A stretch of 64,000 nt of DNA from Octopus sinensis. Its lineage: Eukaryota. Positions within the stretch are counted from its first letter, which is position 1, and each line of letters starts with the position of its first letter. Both the position numbers and the translations under genes were made by a program. Below are positions 55,461-64,000 of this stretch, piece by piece. Where the stretch lies: positions 87,978,001-88,042,000 of the forward strand of contig NC_043004.1 of the NCBI RefSeq assembly GCF_006345805.1. The letters are read 5' to 3'. The notes under the pieces were generated by a model. That model did not search any database and was not told where the DNA came from. It was given only the letters and a program-made list of their open reading frames with translations.

Positions 55461-55639
55461 AACACAATACTCTTTCACTTACAAACTATATTTAAAAAAT
55501 ATATTACAGCTATGTAAACTATGTGCATTTTCCTTCTTTTATTTTATATATATATATTGCATTACAAAACACCATTACAACTCATGTGGGGATAATCGAA
55601 ATTCTCCTTTTTCTTACTATGTATATATATAGATATATG

Positions 55640-55670
<31 letters not shown>

Positions 55671-55672
55671 TA

Positions 55673-55733
<61 letters not shown>

Positions 55734-55850
55734 TTGTATATATACAAAATTCTAAAAAAAAAACGCACGGAATAATAATTATTCCAGGTTATCAGGATAT
55801 TTACTATTTTACACTTTACTAATGCAAACAAACAGTATATATGATAATAT

Positions 55851-56280
55851 TATTACAAATTTGGGATTTTACCAATAGGACTACAACTTCAATTTCAGGA
55901 CAACCTTATTTTCTGGAGTACACATACAAAGTTATATCCAAAATACTAATCTAATAATATAATAATTGTAAAGCCTACTATATCGTACAATAAAATAAAG
56001 TACATTAGAATTAATTAAAAATTATATAAATACATTTAAAATGTATATATATATATACCCCACAAAGGTATATATATTTTAAATGTGTTTATATAATTTT
56101 TAATTAATTCTAATGTACTTTATTTTATTGTACGATATAGTGGGCTTTAAAATGATAATATTATTAGATTAGTATTTTGGATATAACTTTGTATGTGTAC
56201 TCCAGAAAATAAGGTTGTCCTGAAATTGAAGTTGTGGTCCTATTTTACCTAAATTTAGGTAAAATCCTAAATTTGTAATA
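55851..56280. repeat. Foldback palindrome, arms about 205 bp, 7-nt loop
   Basis: tattacaaatttgggattttacc... pairs with ...ggtaaaatcctaaatttgtaata; centre tatacc-ccacaaa-ggtata. Confidence 0.95.
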
Positions 56281-56310
56281 CACACACACACACCACACAC
56301 ACACACGCAC

Positions 56311-56364
<54 letters not shown>

Positions 56365-57185
56365 ATACATGTAGTGTACATACACATCCAAACATATATG
56401 TCCGTCATCTCTCTCTCTCTCTTCCTGCATATGTATACATACATACTCACACACATACAAAAGCACACACAACCAGAGAAACAACCTCACACATACACAC
56501 ACGCGCAGATGAACTCATATACACATTCCCATGTATGTATGCATGTATGTATGTATGTATGTATGTATGTATGTATGTATGTATGTATGTATGTATGTAT
56601 GCTTGCATGTATGTATGTATGTATGTATGCATGTCTCAAAACAACAAGAACAACGATAATATCAACAGAACAATCAATCAGTACGATTCCGACGTTTTCA
56701 TCTCTTTCAAAGCGATGCAACGTTGATTTCCAAATGCGACGTCCAGGAGCTCTCCAAGCAACTCGAAGCAACAATTGCTTCTCTCAACCTGTCAGCAGAA
56801 CGCCCGAGTCAATTATCGAACATGGCATTGGTGTATGGGCAGCCATCTCTTCTGTAGTCTCTCGTCTTATTATGTTAGTGTCAGTCTTAAGAAGAGAGGA
56901 AATGGAAAATAAGAAAAAAATTAAATGTGTTATAATAAACGAAAAAAAAAAAAAAGAGAAGAAAAATTACCCAGCACTCACCAGTCAGCTGTACGGGAAA
57001 AACGAAAGGTTCTTTTGATCGATTCATCTTATTTAATGACAAACCGCAGCAGCAGCAGCAGCGGCAGCAGCAGCAGCGGTAGCAGCAGCAGCAGTATTAG
57101 CAGCAAGAACAGCAATCATTTTTAGCATCAATATGAACAACAGAAGCAAATGATATATCAATACATACATACATACATACATACA

Positions 57186-57217
<32 letters not shown>

Positions 57218-57426
57218 CACACAAACACATACACACGCACACACACATATATATATTCATACATATATATATATATGTACTGTTGTATGTAGATATATAT
57301 AAACACATGTATGTATATGTATGAGTGTATGAATGTGTGTGTGCGTGTGTATATATATAAATATAATATATATACATGCATTATATTATATATAAATATA
57401 TCATGCATATATATATATATATATAT

Positions 57427-57473
<47 letters not shown>

Positions 57474-57576
57474 AATATATATAATGTATATGCATACATA
57501 CGTATATACAATCACATATATATATATGTATATATACATTATACATACACGCACGCGCACTCATACATGTGCAGTA

Positions 57577-57608
<32 letters not shown>

Positions 57609-57754
57609 GCATTATTTACATACATATATAATATGTATATATATAATATATATATACGTAGTACATTGCACAAAATATGTATATGGAAAACTATAATGCC
57701 AAAGCAATCAGTACTTACAATTCGTCTTTTGTGTAAGAGAAAGCAGCTTCTTCG

Positions 57755-58074
57755 CTACTACTACTACTACTAACTACTACTACTACTACTACTACTATAC
57801 TACTACTACTACTACTGCGATGACAAGAATGACAATGAGCCAAATGATGACGAGGATGTTGATGACGGATGGGATGGTGATGACGATAATGATGATGACG
57901 ATGGTGACGATTATGATGACGATGACGATAATGTTGATGATGAATATGATTATGATGACGAAGATGATGAGGAAAATGATGATGATGAAGAAAATGATGA
58001 CGACGGCGACGACCAAAATAATGGTAGTGATGATGATGATGATGGTAATGAAGATAATCATGATAATGATGACG

Positions 58075-58108
<34 letters not shown>

Positions 58109-58135
58109 TGATGATGACAACCGATGACGAGGATG
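57755..58135. repeat. (TAC)n followed by degenerate (GAT/GAC)n trinucleotide tract
   Basis: Directly visible. Confidence 0.92.
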
Positions 58136-58761
58136 GTGTCAACTTTTGAAAATAAAATTGTTGCACAATAGCATAAAACGTGGACTTGCTTCTAGGCACA
58201 CCCACTCGACACACATACACACACATACACACACACACACACTCACTTACTTGCACACACACACACACACACACATTTGAGAGGATTTTGATGAGTTTTC
58301 ATCCAGAATGTATTTATCAACACGAGAAACAGTTGTTGGGTCGAATCCTGGAATACATGGTCGCAAAACGATCTTACCCATAGAACCCATTTCTGCAATC
58401 ATTCCTTTGAGATAAATTTGGGTGTCATTTCTAATAGGCTAAATAACCTCATAGAGACCCCCCCCACACAGTTCCTCGTTATGTATTATACTTTAGGCTG
58501 TGTTGTGTGTTTATCCATTCACAAGTTCTTTCAGATGTCTTTCTCGATGCCGAAACAATTATACAAGGAAATGTTCCCTTAGAGATAGTTCTTGGAGAGT
58601 AATGTAAGCCAAAGTGTAATGCGTTTTTAATCGATTATTGAATGAAATATTGCCCGGAAAATCATCAGATTACAAAACCGAGTTGTATAGATGCAGAAAA
58701 GTAATGGATTCGTTTCGAAGGAAATAAAACATAAGATTGAATTTAAGAACGTTAAATAGGC

Positions 58762-59130
58762 GAAAGCGTGGCTGCGTGTTTAAGAAGCTCGTTTTGTAAC
58801 TACTTGGTCTCGCGTTCAGTCCCACTGCACGACACTTTGGAGAAAGTGTCTTCTACTATAGCTCTGGGCCGATGTATGCCTTGTGATTGGATCTGGTATG
58901 CAGAAAATGTGCGGAAGTCCATCGTACATACACACATGTATACATACATATATATACATGCATACATACCTGTGTGTGTGTGTGTTTGTCTTTGGGTTTG
59001 TGTATGTTCCCCAACCACTTGACAACCGATACTGATTTGTTTATGTTCTGTAACCTCGCATATTGGCCAAAGATAGCGATAGAATAAGTACCTGATTTAA
59101 AAAATATGTAGCGATCGATTTGTTCGATTA
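58762..59130 (+). mobile_element. SINE family B, old copy
   Basis: gcgtggctgcgtgtttaagaagctcg...cttgacaaccgatactg...tcgatttgttcga. Confidence 0.75.
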
Positions 59131-59198
59131 TGCATTTGTGCACAAACACACACATACACATAAATATATATATATACATATATATATATATATTATAT

Positions 59199-59243
<45 letters not shown>

Positions 59244-59310
59244 TTATATATAAGAGAATAAAGACATAGAAGCCTTTAAAACCGTGTAACGCTGAAATGT
59301 TTCTGGAACG

Positions 59311-59376
<66 letters not shown>

Positions 59377-59390
59377 GTTATTATTATTAT

Positions 59391-59995
59391 CCAGTAGTTT
59401 TATTTTTATAGTGTGCTTTCACATCATAGGTTTGGTTGGAGTTCCTTGTGTCTTGCATGCGTAGCGGGCTTACTACCTGCAACCTACGGTACCATGCTAT
59501 TCGTTCTTTTCAGCCATCTAATTCTTTCTGATTATTCTGGCCGTGTCAAGGAGGCAAACATTTCGGTACAATTCTACTGGTCACGCTATTCCAATTATCT
59601 TTATATTCCCTTTGATGCCTTCTGATTACTCTTCTGAATGATTCAACAATAATTGGCACTATCTTCACCTTCTTCATTTTCCATAGCCGGGCTATTTCGT
59701 ACTTAAGAGGGTTGTATCTATCTATCATTTCGCCTTCCTTCTTGACTATTCGTGGGTCAAAGGGCATCAACAATATCGCATATGTGGTGCATCTTGTCCA
59801 CCACCACTAGGTCCGGTCTGTTTTGCTGTAGCACCTAATCTGTTTGGATTGGGAAATCCCAGAGGATTTTGCTAGTCTCCGACTCCATCACTCTCTGCGG
59901 TTTGCGCTCATCCACGTCTTGCCTTTCTCTAGCTCCCATTTTTCGTACAGTTTCCAATGTAGCAGTCCCTTCTTGCATAATTCTTCTTCATTCGA
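59391..59995 (-). mobile_element. 5'-truncated R4/Dong-like RLE fragment
   Basis: LHWKLYEKW...KILWDFPIQTD*VLQQNRPDLVVVDK...PFDPRIVKKEGEMIDRYNPLKYEIARLWKMKKVKIVPII; bounded by (ATT)n at 59311-59390 and 60003-60056. Confidence 0.85.
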
Positions 59996-60059
59996 ACGGT
60001 TAGTTATATTATTATTATTATTATATTATTATTATTTATTATTATTATTATTACTATTT

Positions 60060-61573
60060 TTTTTCTTCTTTCAAATTTTCTTCCATTTCTTGCCGAGTGT
60101 CTTCCCGACTCCTAGGGCAAAGAAACTCATAGTGTATATTGGTAGGCCATTAAACCAAACTCAGTAGTTCGTTCATTTTTTTTTTTTTTTTTTTAAGTTA
60201 ATTTAAAATGCATGAGCAGCAACAGTTCTCACATCGACAATGCTCTTCTCAATACGTGTGATGTACCAGTTAAGACAATCTTTTGCACTTCTTGCAGGAT
60301 GGTAAGCCAGGGATCATTCTCATATAATTTTCGGTTCCCTTCTTGATCATTCCTAGTGCTCCTACGATCACTGGTATTGTAACCGCCTTGAGATGCCACA
60401 TTTTCTCAATTTCAATGAGTAGGTCTTTATATTTTCTGAGCTTGTCAAACTCTTTCGCTGAGATTATGATCACAGGGGATGCTCATGTCGATCAATAAGC
60501 AAACTTTATTGTTTTTGGTCTTTCACAACAATATCTGGTTTATTGGCCTTGATGGTTCGGTCTGTATGTACTGGAAAGTCCCACAGATGGTTACATTTTC
60601 TCCTTCAGTTACAGCCTCAGGGTGGTGATTATACCACTTGTCGGCAGTTTTGATATTATAATGCGACTTATTAAGCCAGTGGAGATATTGGCCACTCAGT
60701 CATGTCTTAATTTATACTCCACTGGTGCTAAGACTTTACATCCAGAGATTAGGTGGTCCACGGTTTTTCAATCAGTCGTTGCAGAATCGGCATTTTGGGT
60801 CTGCTCCATTTTTCATCACATTGGCCTGGTAGTCCGGGTTGAAGGCTTTGGTCTTGAGCAGCCAGGATGAAACCTTCGCTCTCTGCTTTTAGCCCTGAGC
60901 TCCGCAGCCACTGATGGGTTTGCTTCTGGTCAACATCAGCTTGTTTGCTGCGGGTCACATATTTGCCGTGCAGAGGTTTCTCCTCCACCTATCAGCCAAT
61001 TGCTCGTGCGCTTTTTCATTGCCATCATTTTCACCTTCTTTGCAACAATAGTTGCTGTACTTCCCTCGGGTTGTTCAGTTTGGGTATCCTGCACGAGATC
61101 AATAGCAAATTTTTTGCTTCCTTGATGATAGAATGAAGCTTCTTTCGTCTCTCGTGATTTTCACGAGCTTTAGCATCCAGTCATTCGATATTTGAGATAT
61201 TTGGCCAGTCCAATTGTGGTTGTTTTGTAAGCTAGTTCAAATTGGATCAGGCCTCGACCTCTTGGGCTCTGGGAAGGTAAAGGCGATCTACGTCTGCCTT
61301 TGGGTGGTGATTCCTATACAACCAGAAGCTGCGCGTATTTTTCTATCTATATTCTTTATTTCACTCATATTCCAGTTCAACACATTGTAGCTATAAGTAA
61401 CAACTGGAACTGCTAGGGAATTTATAGCTAACACCTTGTTACGTGCATTTAGTTCAGATTCAGGACTGCACGAACTCTCCTATAACATTCCTTCTGATTT
61501 TCTCTTTCATGCTTGCATGATGAATACCAGAGCCTTCATTTATCCCTAAATATTGTATGTTTGTTCTTGCTCT
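60060..61573 (-). mobile_element. 5'-truncated R4/Dong-like retrotransposon: RT end, CCHC knuckle, RLE, 3' UTR (decayed)
   Basis: EQEQTY/YLGINEG...RVRAVLKSELNARNKVLAINSLAVPVVTYS...DVDRLYLPRAQGGRGL...KPLHGKY...QWLRSSGLKAESEGFILAAQDQSL...CRFC..TVDHLISGC...RHD...WDFPVHTDRTIKANKPDIVV...KLRKYKDL...SHVLRRALSM* (stop at 60229); (ATT)n on both sides. Confidence 0.93.
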
Positions 61574-61627
61574 ATTATTATTATTATTATTATCATTATT
61601 ATTATTATTATCCATTATTTATTATTA

Positions 61628-61681
<54 letters not shown>

Positions 61682-61989
61682 TTATTATTTTCTTAAATTG
61701 CCTTTTATTGTCATAACTGCTTCGTTACGAAAGACAAAATCTCTGTATTTGTTTGTGCTACATTCTATGACAACAGCATCTGTTATTTCCACTCCAGATC
61801 TTAATTTGTAGTTAGATCTCGTAGAACAAATAGAAACCAATGGCGATAATAAAAAAAGAAAAAAATGGATGTTTTGTCAAACAGACTACAAGGAAAATAT
61901 TGCAAATGAGAGTGTTTTCAGTCCCCACAGCCAACGACTCTGAATGACATTAATAGTAAATTAAATTTAATTGGTCGATAACCAGGAAT

Positions 61990-62350
61990 TTGACGTACCG
62001 AAAGGTTCAGTTCCCTGACAGTTTAGTCCTTTCTGTTTGGCGTTCACTACACTCTATGTCTTCAATTTGGGGGATTGACAAAAGGGCGAAGTTTGGTAGA
62101 AGGGTCAGAATCAGTATTTTGTAGGTTGCAAAGTGAAGGGGCTGTCCACCCCGGTTGATGCTGTTATGGGAGTCAGCACTTTTGGATCTGCTGTATAAGT
62201 AAGCTGTAGGTGTATTGCAGGATAAGAGAAAACTCAAGGGCTGCTCCGGGTTGTTCACACTCTACCTACGTCAATAGGCTTAGTGAGAGAAGGAAGTCTC
62301 TTGGACATTACTGTCTTCGGGTCCTAGGAGTCATAGGGCCGGTTATTTGG
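61990..62350 (-). mobile_element. Possible 5' end of an APE-type LINE
   Basis: PLHFATYKILILTLL...DIECSERQTERTKL loosely resembles endonuclease starts (xATxNxxTL...DIxxxQET); weak. Confidence 0.25.
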
Positions 62351-62394
62351 TTTCCTCGATATATAAGTGACCAAGGTGATAACAAGGTAATTGG

Positions 62395-62515
62395 AGCAAC
62401 GTGCAATGAAGTGTTTTGTTCAAGAATAGAACTCACTGGCCGGATTGGGAGTCGAAACCAGGGTCTTGCGATCGCGACGGGAGCACCAGCTTAACCATTT
62501 GTCCATACGCCTTCA
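62395..62515 (-). mobile_element. SINE family C head
   Basis: Related to 40020-40176. Confidence 0.6.
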
Positions 62516-62754
62516 AGAGTAGAGAAAAACGCACCGTATTATGGTCAATTTATAAGGCCTTCAAGACCGGGGGAAAAAATTATGTGAATTAATTCTACGT
62601 CTCATGGATCATCTGGATCCTCTGCTGGCCAGAGATTTATTCTGAAACCATGTAATATTGTGAGCTGTACTAGTAGGACCATCAATGCAGGACCAAATGG
62701 CAGTGTTAAGGTGAGCAACGGAATAAGTCAACTTTTCTGATCTTTTCTTTCTCT

Positions 62755-62950
62755 TTTACTCTTTTACTCGTTTCAGTCATTTGACTGTGGCCATGCTGGA
62801 GCACCGCCTTTAGTCGAGCAAATCGACCCCAGGACTTATTCTTTGTAAGCCTAGTACTCATTCTATTAGTCTCTTTGACCGAACCGCTAAGTTACGGTGA
62901 CGTAAACACACCAGCATTAGTTGTCAAGCGTTGTTGGGGGACAAACAAAG
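62755..62950 (-). mobile_element. SINE family B 3' half
   Basis: cttttactcgtttcagtcatttgactgtggccatgctggagcaccgcc... Confidence 0.88.
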
Positions 62951-63007
62951 ACACAAACATATCGACCCCAGTGCGTAACTGGCTACCGAATAACTGTCAC
63001 ATATTAC

Positions 63008-63076
<69 letters not shown>

Positions 63077-63624
63077 AATATATATATATACTCAAAATAA
63101 GCAACAAGAATGACTCTGGTAATTTGGTACGATCGTTTCGTACTACATCATTTTATTAAATGTTGTAAGTATTACAACAGTTTTAAAATGCTGAGCACTC
63201 ATCAGCCAATTATAGAGGTTTCCCATTAATACAAAAGTTTTCATATCAAGTGGCAACATTATAGAGAAGGTAGATACATAGACAAAGATGTGGATTTAAA
63301 TTTTAAGAACATTTGAGGTAGTGGAGCCCATCAACTGACTGACTAAGATTCAGTTGCTCATGACTACTGTAAGGTTCTGAGAACAAATGAAAGGAGACAA
63401 TAAAGATTTTCTAATTATAGAAATGGGGTAAAGGGGATGTCATAGCTCCATATAAGGAATTTATGTAGAAGACAGCATTGTCACAACTAAATGCTAATTA
63501 CTAGTATTTGATGAACAGATTCGGCGTTAGTTGAACTAGTTCAAAGTCAAATGGTTACAATAACATTCACAGAGAATACAGAGACCTTACAAACCCTATG
63601 CATATCATCACAACAGTTGGTCTA

Positions 63625-63931
63625 TAAGTCCGAAAGGATGAAAGCCAAAGTCGACCTCGGCGGAATTTGAACTCAGAACGTAACGGCAGACGAAATACCT
63701 ATTTCTTTACTACCCACAAGGGGCTAAACACAGAGGGGACAAACAAGGACTGAAAAGGGATTAAATCGATTATATCGACCCCAGTCCGTAACTGGTACTT
63801 ATTTAATAGACCCCGAAAGGATGAAAGGGAAAGTCGACCTCGGCGGAATTTGAACTCAGAACGTAACGGCAGACGAAATACGGCTACGCATTTCGCCCGG
63901 CGTGCTAACGTTTCTGCCAGCTCTCCGCCTT
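63625..63931 (-). mobile_element. Tandem dimer of SINE family A
   Basis: Full unit at 63690-63931 followed by a headless unit, with the same junction as at 34741-34760. Confidence 0.9.
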
Positions 63932-64000
63932 AAACAATATGAATTATTGAGAAAGCTATTAGGAGGCAGAGTCAGTGAGGACACTAAACTGAAGCTTTAA

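Larger units (their letters stand above)
53808..55550 (+). mobile_element. Penelope-like element, RT C-terminus plus GIY-YIG endonuclease plus 3' terminal repeat (decayed)
   Basis: LNNINLNIQFTMEYSKGQLHFLDIMIK / NQIVIDYYHKPTDSKQYLLFNSCHPKYIKRNIPF...; CGRSNCWTC...LIYVTICSGCGYNYIGQT...EHIERC...FIEKYRTLLNMNA* (stop at 55169). Contains stops and frameshifts. Confidence 0.9.

Noticed and set aside
57046-57125. Polyglutamine-coding (CAG)n tract
   Set aside because: The Q frame contains TAG stops; no supporting exon structure.
57774-58128. Asp-rich acidic protein from the GAT/GAC frame
   Set aside because: The frame is stop-free but has no start or acceptor. Degenerate (GAT)n tracts stay open in that frame by composition, and it is fused to a (TAC)n microsatellite.
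63180-63210. CTGATGA-GTGC TCA GCAT on the minus strand as a hammerhead
   Set aside because: No GAAA follows stem II.

Overview
This is eukaryotic, AT-rich, repeat-dominated DNA with no prokaryotic gene content and no CRISPR array. The microsatellite and SINE landscape resembles an octopus or other cephalopod genome (inference). Main contents: (1) a 31-bp satellite of about 520 units in two arrays (10603-17153, 19181-28730), split by an inverted copy of the ~2-kb segment at 30818-32810; (2) dozens of tRNA-derived SINEs from three families; (3) three decayed R4/Dong-like non-LTR fragments with restriction-like endonuclease domains, all abutting (TAA)n tracts; (4) a rearranged Penelope-like retroelement (RT and GIY-YIG remnants, 52.3-55.55 kb); (5) Helitron/Pif1 helicase, mariner and hAT remnants; (6) one plausible host coding exon on the minus strand (4361-4653) and weak micro-exon candidates. 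The most interesting signal is a set of minimal hammerhead-ribozyme motifs in at least five sequence families. Most lie in inverted or palindromic modules beside (TA)n. They include a perfect 81-bp-arm palindrome with a hammerhead on each strand (39453-39623), and an AUGAUUA core variant (apparent compensatory A3-U8 pair) in both terminal inverted repeats of the Penelope-like element. Nearly all listed ORFs are microsatellite, satellite or SINE read-through. All alignments were done by eye, so repeat boundaries are approximate.
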